A stretch of 32,000 nucleotides of DNA. Origin: Gemmata obscuriglobus (GTDB lineage Bacteria; Planctomycetota; Planctomycetia; Gemmatales; Gemmataceae). Below, one piece after another: positions 16,077-23,541 of the stretch (position 1 is the first letter of the stretch; each line of letters starts with the position of its first letter). The stretch covers positions 4,950,001 through 4,982,000 of the forward strand of contig NZ_CP042911.1 of the NCBI RefSeq assembly GCF_008065095.1, read 5' to 3'. A program made the position numbers and the translations under genes. A model generated the notes under the pieces. That model was not told the origin of the DNA. It searched no databases and was given only the letters and a program-made list of their open reading frames with translations.

Positions 16077-17345
16077 TTACGCCGCGCGGCCCGCAGCAAC
16101 GTAGCTCACCCCCGGGTCATTAGCGAGACCCGCGGCGAGGAAGTGTGTCGGGTCGATGACCTTGGGCTTTTTCATTGCAGCGCGCACCTGCGCCGCGGTT
16201 AGGGCCCGGTACGCCGGCCACGGCGTCGCCAACACGCCGATGTCGGCGCCGCGAAGCGCGTCCTCCGCAGTCGAAGCCAGTTCAACGCCCGCGAGTTCCT
16301 CGGCGGGCTTTTTCACGGCGGGGTCATGCGCCTGCACCTTAACTCCCCGTGAGAGCAGCCACTGGCACAGTTCCACAGAACCGGAGCGCCGGAGCGTGTC
16401 CGTTCCGGGCTTGTAGGTCAACCCCAGAACGGCCACGGTTGCGCCGGCAGGAACGCCCGAGAGCTGATCGCGGAGCCAGTTCTTCTGGCACTCGTTGCTC
16501 GCCCGCACTCCGTTAAACAGGTGCGCCGGGCGGTCGTGCTGTTGCGCCAGTTCGAGCAGAAACCCGATGTCCCGGGCCAGCGTCCCGCCTGCGAAGGCCG
16601 CACCGGGGGAAAGGTACGCTTTCGGCCCGATCCGCTGCTCGGACTTCAGCCCGCGCTCGACCTCCTTAGCGTCGGCGCCGACCACCTCGCAGATGCGGGC
16701 CAGTTCGTTGATGAACGCGACCGAGGTGGCCAGAAAGGCGTTGACCGCGTGTTTGGTCATCTCGGCTGACGCCACCGACATCCACACCCGGTCGCCGCCG
16801 AACGGCTTCAGCAGCGTGGTGAACGCGGTGCGGTCCGCGTCTTCGCACCCGATCACGACGCGATCGGGCTTCCGGAAGCAGTCGAGTGCTTGCCCGAGGC
16901 GCAGGTTCTCCGGCGAGCACGCGACATGGACGCCGCGGTGCGCCCAATCCGCAGCGAGCTTCGCTCCGAACCCCACAGGAACCTGCGACGAGATCAGCAC
17001 CCGCACCCCGGCCCGGAGGTGCGGGGCGATGTCGTCGAGTCGGTCGCGGACCCACTGCACGTCTGCATTGTCGTTCGCGTCCACCGGGGTGTCGAAGCAC
17101 ACCCACACGACCTCCGCTTCGGGCACGGCGTCGGCGGCATCGGTCGTGAAACGGAGCCGGCCGGCGGCTCGTTGCTCGGCGACGAGGGCCGCAAGCCCCG
17201 GTTCGTCCACCGGCGGCCGGTCCGCTTTGAGTCCCGTAACGGTTGCCGGATCAGGATCGAGGCCGACGACCTCGTGCCCGCCCTCTGCGAGGCAAGCGGC
17301 CGTCACACTGCCGAGGTGCCACAAGCCGTACACGGTGACGCGCAT
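16077..17345 (-). CDS. UDP-glucose/GDP-mannose dehydrogenase-family protein, atypical: the catalytic Cys position is Thr
   Basis: In frame with track ORF 16077..17381. ATG 17345 follows GGAAGG. Family pattern present: MRVTVYGLWHLGSVTAACLAEGGHEVVGLD, SAEMTKHAVNAFLATSVAFINELA. The expected GGxCxPKD motif reads FAGGTLARD (16569-16595). Confidence 0.8.
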   Translation of the reverse strand: MRVTVYGLWHLGSVTAACLAEGGHEVVGLDPDPATVTGLKADRPPVDEPGLAALVAEQRAAGRLRFTTDAADAVPEAEVVWVCFDTPVDANDNADVQWVRDRLDDIAPHLRAGVRVLISSQVPVGFGAKLAADWAHRGVHVACSPENLRLGQALDCFRKPDRVVIGCEDADRTAFTTLLKPFGGDRVWMSVASAEMTKHAVNAFLATSVAFINELARICEVVGADAKEVERGLKSEQRIGPKAYLSPGAAFAGGTLARDIGFLLELAQQHDRPAHLFNGVRASNECQKNWLRDQLSGVPAGATVAVLGLTYKPGTDTLRRSGSVELCQWLLSRGVKVQAHDPAVKKPAEELAGVELASTAEDALRGADIGVLATPWPAYRALTAAQVRAAMKKPKVIDPTHFLAAGLANDPGVSYVAAGRAA

Positions 17346-17430
17346 GGTTGCCTTCCGGAAGCGCGGACCGCTGGCCCGCATCTGCGATCGTGTTCAGTTC
17401 GTTTCGGTATGGCGGAGCGGCCGCGTCCGG

Positions 17431-18393
17431 CTAAGCAGCTTTGCGCGACTCCAGCACCCACGGGTTCGCCCGCAGGTAATCGAGCGTGCGGCCGACCGCC
17501 TCGCGGATGCCCAGCTTCTGGCGCCAGCCGAACGATTTCAGTTTGGCGGTATCGAGGAAGATAAACGGGCTGTCGCCGATCCAGCCGCGTGCGCCACCGG
17601 TGTGGTTCACCTGGGGCCGCAGTCCCAACCGGTCGCAGATCCAACCGAGCGAGTCGTCGACCTGGCAGTACTCGTCCGCGCCCAAGTTCACCACGTTGAC
17701 CGGCTCGGTCGCCTTCTCAACCACTGTGAAAATGGCGTCGACGCAGTCCTGAACGTACAGGTAGCTCTTGCGCTGCTTCCCGTTCCCGAGCACCTCGATC
17801 TGGTTCGGGTTGGCGAGCAGTTTGGCGTAGAAGTCGAACACGTGACCGTGTGTATACCGCTCGCCCAGGATCGACACGAAGCGGAAGATGAACGCCTGAA
17901 ACCCGAACCCGGTCGCGTAAGCGGAGAGGAGCCCTTCGCCCGCGACCTTGCTGGCCGCGTACAGGCTGGTCTGGATCGGGAACGGCGCGTCCTCGGGGGT
18001 GGGGAACACGTTGGCTTCGCCGTACACCGACCCGGTGGACGAAAAGCCGATGCGTTTCACGCCGTTCAGGCGCATCGCTTCGAGCACGTTGAACGTCGCG
18101 ATGGTGTTCTGTTGCAGATCGCGGTCGGGGTGGTTGGTGCCGAACCGGACGTCCGCGTTGGCCGCCAGGTGGAACACGAAGTCGTGTCCGGCGACGGCGC
18201 GGGTCAGCACCGGTTTGTCGAGCAGATCGCCTTCCACGAGCGCGAAGCGGTCGCTCTTGAGCGCGTCCGCCAGGAACGGCCGCTGTCCGGTGCTGAAGTT
18301 GTCGAACGCGGTGACGTGGTGGCCGGCCGCGAGCAGCCGGTCCACCAAGTTGCTGCCGATAAACCCGGCCCCGCCGGTAACAAAATAGTTCAC
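17431..18393 (-). CDS. NAD-dependent nucleotide-sugar epimerase/dehydratase (extended SDR)
   Basis: In frame with track ORF 17431..18597. GTG 18393 follows GGAGGG and overlaps the upstream stop as GTGA. Motifs: VTGGAGFIGSNLVDRLL and the catalytic YAASK. Substrate and reaction type cannot be read from the sequence. Confidence 0.85.
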   Translation of the reverse strand: MNYFVTGGAGFIGSNLVDRLLAAGHHVTAFDNFSTGQRPFLADALKSDRFALVEGDLLDKPVLTRAVAGHDFVFHLAANADVRFGTNHPDRDLQQNTIATFNVLEAMRLNGVKRIGFSSTGSVYGEANVFPTPEDAPFPIQTSLYAASKVAGEGLLSAYATGFGFQAFIFRFVSILGERYTHGHVFDFYAKLLANPNQIEVLGNGKQRKSYLYVQDCVDAIFTVVEKATEPVNVVNLGADEYCQVDDSLGWICDRLGLRPQVNHTGGARGWIGDSPFIFLDTAKLKSFGWRQKLGIREAVGRTLDYLRANPWVLESRKAA

Positions 18394-19169
18394 GCAACCC
18401 TCCGAGACTCGGAAGAAGCTACCTGGCGTGCCGCCACCGGCCGCTCGCCACACAGCAACACGCTCGTGCCGAGCGGCAAGGGGACGCGCCGCTCCGCCGC
18501 GAGCAGCCCGTTCAGCACGCGCGACACCACCCCCGGCTTGCCACCCACCTGACCCACCGGGTACGGGCGCCGCAGCCACCGGCTGAACGCCAGACACACC
18601 GGGATCAGAGTGCCACCGAAGTACCGCACTTTTGTGACGTCACAGTGGTCCGAGACGAGGGCCCGCAGGCTGCGCTTGCTGTACCGGCGGTAGTGGCCGA
18701 GTTGCTCGTCGTGGAACCCGAACAGCCACTGCCCGGCCGGCACCGCCACGAGCACCAACCCGCCCGGGCGCACGAGCGCGGCCATCTTAGCGAACGCAGA
18801 CCGGTCGTCCTCAATGTGCTCGAGGACGTCCGTCGATACGGCGGCGTCGAAGTCCCCCGGCCCGGTGTAGTTCTCGATCGAACAGACGTGGTACTCGCTG
18901 TCCGGGAAGTTGGAGCCGGCGCGATCGCGGGCGAGGGCGATGTAGGTGGGATCGGGGTCGATCCCGACCACCTGGTGCCCCGCGGCGGCCAGCAGGCACG
19001 ACAGCTCGCCGCTCCCGCACCCGGCGTTGAGCACTCGCAGCCGCCCGCGCCCGCTCATCCAGCGGAGCAGCACGCGGTACTTGCTCTGCGCGTACACATC
19101 GCCGGACTTCGCCAAGAAGTCGTCGTACTGGGCTTGGTTGAACGTCGCTGCGGACAGATCGGCATTCAT
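18390..19169 (-). CDS. class I SAM-dependent methyltransferase
   Basis: Track ORF 18390..19169. ATG 19169 follows AGGAG. Motif I VLNAGCGSGELS; also VVGIDP, DVLEHIEDD, RPGGLVLV. Confidence 0.8.
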   Translation of the reverse strand: MNADLSAATFNQAQYDDFLAKSGDVYAQSKYRVLLRWMSGRGRLRVLNAGCGSGELSCLLAAAGHQVVGIDPDPTYIALARDRAGSNFPDSEYHVCSIENYTGPGDFDAAVSTDVLEHIEDDRSAFAKMAALVRPGGLVLVAVPAGQWLFGFHDEQLGHYRRYSKRSLRALVSDHCDVTKVRYFGGTLIPVCLAFSRWLRRPYPVGQVGGKPGVVSRVLNGLLAAERRVPLPLGTSVLLCGERPVAARQVASSESRRVA

Positions 19170-19175
19170 CGCGGA

Positions 19176-19922
19176 TCAGCTCCTGGCGGTTCGAGAGCCG
19201 GTCGGCACGCCCCGCGCGCCGAACCGGATGCGGAACAGGTCCTTCACGTTCTTCCAGTTTCCGGACACAAGTTGGAGTCGGGTGTCGCCGTCGTCCTGCC
19301 ACGTGACCCCGACCTCTTTCACCGCGTACCCGGCCCTCAGCGCCAGCGAAAGAACCTCGACATCGAACATGTACCCGTCAATGCGCTGCCGGGCGAACAG
19401 GTCGCGGGCCACCTCGCGGCGGAAGAACTTGAACCCGCACTGGGTGTCGGCGATCCCGTACAGCCCGACCAGTGGGCGCATCAGCAGGGCAAACCCTTTG
19501 GACCCGAGCCGGCGGTACCACTTCTGGCCCACCCGCACGTCCGCCCCGTTCACCGCCCGCGAGCCAATCACGATATCAAAACCCTGGTCGAACCAGGGCA
19601 GCACCTTCTCCAGTTCGGTGATCGCGACCTTGTAATCCGCGTCCAAGAACCCCACGATGTTGCCGGCCGCGACGAGCACCCCCTCGCGGACCCCTCGCCC
19701 CTTACCGCGGCGCTCCGGGGCGCCCATAACCCGCACCGGCAGTTCCGCGGCAAGGGCCGCCGCGGCCTCCCGGGTGCCGTCGGCGCCGTCGGCACTGACG
19801 ATCAGCTCGTACGTCACCCCGCGCGGTTCCAGGTAGTCGCGGATCGCGCGCAAGGTGCACTGGATCGTGGCCACTTCATTGAACGCTGGCACCACCAAAC
19901 TGAGCTGCGGGGACGCGGACAT
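19176..19922 (-). CDS. GT2 glycosyltransferase, polyprenyl/dolichyl-phosphate sugar synthase type (ALG5/ArnC/GtrB-like)
   Basis: In frame with track ORF 19176..19943, whose first codon is GTG. ATG 19922 preferred; both are possible. Motifs: LSLVVPAFNE, FLDADY (DxD), DTQCGFKFF, YMFDVEVL. Confidence 0.85.
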   Translation of the reverse strand: MSASPQLSLVVPAFNEVATIQCTLRAIRDYLEPRGVTYELIVSADGADGTREAAAALAAELPVRVMGAPERRGKGRGVREGVLVAAGNIVGFLDADYKVAITELEKVLPWFDQGFDIVIGSRAVNGADVRVGQKWYRRLGSKGFALLMRPLVGLYGIADTQCGFKFFRREVARDLFARQRIDGYMFDVEVLSLALRAGYAVKEVGVTWQDDGDTRLQLVSGNWKNVKDLFRIRFGARGVPTGSRTARS

Positions 19923-19954
19923 ATAGGGCCCTGTTTCTGGCACGGGTATTAAAA

Positions 19955-22900
19955 TTAGGGTGTTTGCCGTGCCGGTTCGAATCCGACGAACCGAACCAGC
20001 GCGCCGACGGCCCTACCGTCCGGCGGGGGGAGCACTTGCGTGTTCGTAAATCGGCATTCCAGCCGCCGGCCTTGAGCCGGGCCGCCGGGCGCCCGCAACT
20101 CGAAGGCCCCCGGTCCCACCGAGCGGCGCGCGACCTCGACGCCGTCCGCGAGCAGCGCCACCTCGGTCCGGTATCCGGATCGCCCCGCGAATGCCGGGAT
20201 CTCGCCGCGAACGACCGCCTGGTGACCTGCCGCCGCGGGGTGGCACGTGACCGCGAACGTCGCCGCGCACCACCCGTCCGAGTACAACCCGGTGGCCGCA
20301 AGCCCCGCCCGTGCCAGGTCGCCGGGGAACGTGCCCACCGCCTCCGGCGGCCGGCACTGCGGCTCGAAGCCGACGTACCGCAGGTGAGCCGACAACCGCC
20401 GCCCGTCCGGCGCGGGCAACGTCTGGTCACCCGAGAATCGGACCGTGATCCACCGCGGCCCGCTCCCGTCCCCGCCCGGGGCGCGAAGTTCAAACTCGCC
20501 CGGCCCGAGATCAACGGTCACACCCGGGCGCCCGTCCACAAGCACGACCGCCGTCGTGCGGAACCCGTCCGCACCGGGCACCCCCGGTACCAGCCCGCGG
20601 ACCACGGCCTCCTGCCCGCGCTCCGGCTGCGTGAGCCGCACCTTGAACTCGCGCCCGACCCAGCCTTCTTCAGAAAGCCCCGAGAACTCAAGGTGCGGGT
20701 GCGTCAGGTCCTCCGGGAATCGGTGCAGCGCGGGCGGCGGCGCGAACGCGGCGTATTCGGCTTCGGTCAGCACCGAGGCGTCGCGCAAGTACCCGGTCAG
20801 CCGGCGCCGGTCCCGCGACAGCTCTGCCCCCCACAGCCGCTCCGCAGCCGCCAGCTGATCGCGGGAACGCAGCGGCTGCCCGAACTCGAGCGCCAGGTAA
20901 CGGCCGGGGCCGGCCGGCTGCGGCGCAACCGGCGGAGACACCAACCGGCTGGCCCCGCACCCGACCGCACCGAGCGTCACCCGCCGGTCACCGACCACGC
21001 GCACCGGGGCGGTGCCGCGCGCCTGCGGGTCAGCCTGGAACGACGCCGTGTGACTCACGAGAACCCGCACTTCGGGAGACGGGTTGAGAACGTCGAGCAG
21101 TACCGCGCGGCCGGTTCCGGCCGCGCTACGCCCTGCGAACGCCGGGTCCGCCTGGAGTTGGTACAGCGCGATCGCATCCGGCTCGGTCATCCCGAGAAAG
21201 TGGTGCCGGGCCCCAGACGCATCGCACAGCACCGCAAAGTTGTGGAGTTCGGACAGCGGGGCGCACACCACCACCGGCCCGCCCTCCGGATGCCGCACCC
21301 GGTTGAGGGGGGCCACCGCCCCGCCGCTCGCAACCACCAGTGTTCGCTCCGGCTCGTTGCCCCGATGCGGAGGCCGCCCCAGCGGCGTGTACAGGACCGC
21401 ACCGGTGTCCGGGTCCCGAACCGCGTACACGTTTGCCGCCTCGGCCGCGTACGCCGCTCGCAGCGCGCGAAATGGTTCGAGCAGGTCGCGGCGCGCCCGC
21501 ATCAGCGGGGCACGCTCCCCGCCCGGCAGCGCGTTTCTCACGTGCTCGTCGAACGTACTGACACCCACCTCACCGCCGAGCGTGCCGCGCACCTCGATCG
21601 CTACCAGTTTTCGTAAGGTCGTGTTGTCGCACGCGATCAGTACACGGTCCACCCCGCCGGACGAAAGCCGGCGGGCGTATTCGGCTCGGAACTCGGACAG
21701 GCCGTGCCGCTCGGAGACGGTCAGCAATTCCACGCGCCCCTCGAGCCCGCGGCTCTGGTCCACGTACCAGAACTGCACCCGCACGTTCAGCCCGACGAGC
21801 GCGACGGCCGCCGCCACGGCCGCGCGGGCGGCCCACCGCGTGCGGTGCCGCGCCACCACCCAGCCGGCCACCACGGACCACAGGAATGGTTGCACGAACA
21901 TGGCCAACTTGAACAGCCCGAACCCGCTGCCCCGAACGAACAGCACCGCCCCCAACGCGGCCGACACCGCGAGCACCGCGGCCGGAGCGAACCCGCGCCA
22001 CAGCCCGCGCGCCGCGACGGTTACGACGGCCGCGGACAGAGCCAGCGCCAGCAGGATCGCGGCGCTCTGCGCGCCCTCCGGTTCGGGGCCGGCAAGCGGC
22101 AACAGCCCCCACACCAGTGCCGGCCCGCGGGGCGTGAGGTACAGCGGGAACATTTCCTTGAGCCAATCAGCCGAGCGGGCGGCCGCGCCGGTTTGAATCA
22201 TCATGAACGACACGCACCCGACCAGGTACGCGGGCATCAACGCCGTCATGATCACCACTGCCCCGGTGACCTGAGCCAAGTGCCGCCCGTCCAGCCGCCG
22301 CCGTACCAGGTCGCGTAGCCCGAGAGCCACACACGTCCCGACCAGCAACGGGATCACCTCGGGGTAGAACACGAGCAACCCGGTGAAAACCACACCGAGG
22401 GCGCCGGCCCGGCGGGCCAGCGCTCCAGCGGACAGCCTCCGCACGCGAACCGTAACGAGCGCCACCGCCACGCACAGCAGCCCCAACCCCGCGGCCTGGG
22501 CGATGAGTTGCTGCACCACCCCGTAGGTGGTAGCCGCCGAGACCGCCAGCAGCCCGGCGGTAAGGGCACCCGCCCGCCGCCCGGCGGATGCCGTCGCGAG
22601 CCCGCCCGCCGCCGCCACCAGCGCGAGGTTCAGGGCCGCGATCACCGGCATGAACACCTCTACCACCGGCCGCCCGGCCCACACGGACGAGATCGCCAGC
22701 AGCACCTCAGAGCCCGGGCGGGTTTCCTGAATTATGTACGAAAACCAAAAAGCCTGTGTCTGATCAACGCAGCCCAGCACATCGCTTACTTCCGGCGCGT
22801 GCGCGTACCCGTGGTCCCGATACCCCGTGGCCATCAGGCAGTAGTTGGCCATGTCGTCGTTGCCGTTGGCCACCCAGTCGAACCCATACTCGAACAGCGG

Positions 22901-23230
22901 CCACGCAGTCAGCCCGAAGGCCGCAACAAGAGCCGTCGCAGGCAGGGCACACCGGCGGGCCACGAGCCGCGCGGCCGCCGCCCGCGGCCGGGTGAGCCAC
23001 AGGACCGCCGACGCGCCGGCGAGCAGGCACGCCCCCACCGGCACTGCCGAGTGCCGCACCGGTACCCCCCACCTCACGAGAACGTACGTTGGGATGGTGA
23101 GCGTCGCGAACCCAACCGCCGGTGCCAAAAGCACCACCGCCGGCCCCCAGCGGAACCGGCCGAGCCGCAGCACCGCCAAGCCGATGATGCCCCAAGAACC
23201 GAACAGAGCCCAGGACAGCACGGCCGCCAC
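19955..23230 (-). CDS. 1091-aa polytopic membrane protein with a large C-terminal soluble region; putative lipid-linked-sugar transferase (function inferred from context only)
   Basis: Track ORF 19955..23230. GTG 23230 follows GGGAGGTG. About a dozen hydrophobic segments in the first ~500 aa, by eye. The C-terminal ~590 aa end in two tandem ~110-aa modules. No known catalytic motif recognised. Confidence 0.6.
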   Translation of the reverse strand: MAAVLSWALFGSWGIIGLAVLRLGRFRWGPAVVLLAPAVGFATLTIPTYVLVRWGVPVRHSAVPVGACLLAGASAVLWLTRPRAAAARLVARRCALPATALVAAFGLTAWPLFEYGFDWVANGNDDMANYCLMATGYRDHGYAHAPEVSDVLGCVDQTQAFWFSYIIQETRPGSEVLLAISSVWAGRPVVEVFMPVIAALNLALVAAAGGLATASAGRRAGALTAGLLAVSAATTYGVVQQLIAQAAGLGLLCVAVALVTVRVRRLSAGALARRAGALGVVFTGLLVFYPEVIPLLVGTCVALGLRDLVRRRLDGRHLAQVTGAVVIMTALMPAYLVGCVSFMMIQTGAAARSADWLKEMFPLYLTPRGPALVWGLLPLAGPEPEGAQSAAILLALALSAAVVTVAARGLWRGFAPAAVLAVSAALGAVLFVRGSGFGLFKLAMFVQPFLWSVVAGWVVARHRTRWAARAAVAAAVALVGLNVRVQFWYVDQSRGLEGRVELLTVSERHGLSEFRAEYARRLSSGGVDRVLIACDNTTLRKLVAIEVRGTLGGEVGVSTFDEHVRNALPGGERAPLMRARRDLLEPFRALRAAYAAEAANVYAVRDPDTGAVLYTPLGRPPHRGNEPERTLVVASGGAVAPLNRVRHPEGGPVVVCAPLSELHNFAVLCDASGARHHFLGMTEPDAIALYQLQADPAFAGRSAAGTGRAVLLDVLNPSPEVRVLVSHTASFQADPQARGTAPVRVVGDRRVTLGAVGCGASRLVSPPVAPQPAGPGRYLALEFGQPLRSRDQLAAAERLWGAELSRDRRRLTGYLRDASVLTEAEYAAFAPPPALHRFPEDLTHPHLEFSGLSEEGWVGREFKVRLTQPERGQEAVVRGLVPGVPGADGFRTTAVVLVDGRPGVTVDLGPGEFELRAPGGDGSGPRWITVRFSGDQTLPAPDGRRLSAHLRYVGFEPQCRPPEAVGTFPGDLARAGLAATGLYSDGWCAATFAVTCHPAAAGHQAVVRGEIPAFAGRSGYRTEVALLADGVEVARRSVGPGAFELRAPGGPAQGRRLECRFTNTQVLPPPDGRAVGALVRFVGFEPARQTP

Positions 23231-23318
23231 GCGTCACCTCCCGTTCCGCTCGGGTGGACCGAATCGGTGGGGAGTGATAGCGAGTCTGCGGCACGTACAC
23301 AAGAGCAACCGCCCCGCG

Positions 23319-23351
23319 TGACGCGGCCTATTTCATGACGGGCCTATTTCA
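23319..23351. repeat. back-to-back tandem direct repeat TGACG(C)GGCCTATTTCA x2 in the divergent intergenic region
   Basis: Read directly: 23319-23335 and 23336-23351. They are identical except for one extra C in the first copy. Confidence 0.8.
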
Positions 23352-23541
23352 GGACCGATCCTTGCTCCACGCCACGTGCCTTGTTGAATCCCGAAATGAA
23401 CATAAGTCGTTATTCTTCAATGCTCCAGCCCACGCCGTATCGAACATGGAACGGCGCGGCCAAGCATCCCATGCCACCTTGCTCTGGAGTGATAGCCGTG
23501 GTATGTGCGCGCTAGGTCCCGCGCACCGCCCGGAAGGTCCA

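Noticed and set aside
15917-16099. 60-aa hydrophobic minus-strand ORF (TTG start) downstream of the dehydrogenase gene; considered as a possible small flippase-like membrane protein
   Set aside because: It overlaps the dehydrogenase 3' end by 23 nt, has no RBS, has only one or two hydrophobic stretches, and sits in IS-flanking scar DNA. The evidence is insufficient, but it is worth a profile search.
16495-18552. 685-aa plus-strand ORF spanning the dehydrogenase and SDR genes
   Set aside because: It crosses two well-supported minus-strand genes and their spacer. The sequence is low-complexity and no motif is recognisable.
19964-22196. 550-aa and 370-aa plus-strand ORFs opposite the 1091-aa membrane-protein gene
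   Set aside because: These are R/P-rich shadow frames. The minus-strand frame has a strong RBS, coherent TM segments and an internal domain duplication.
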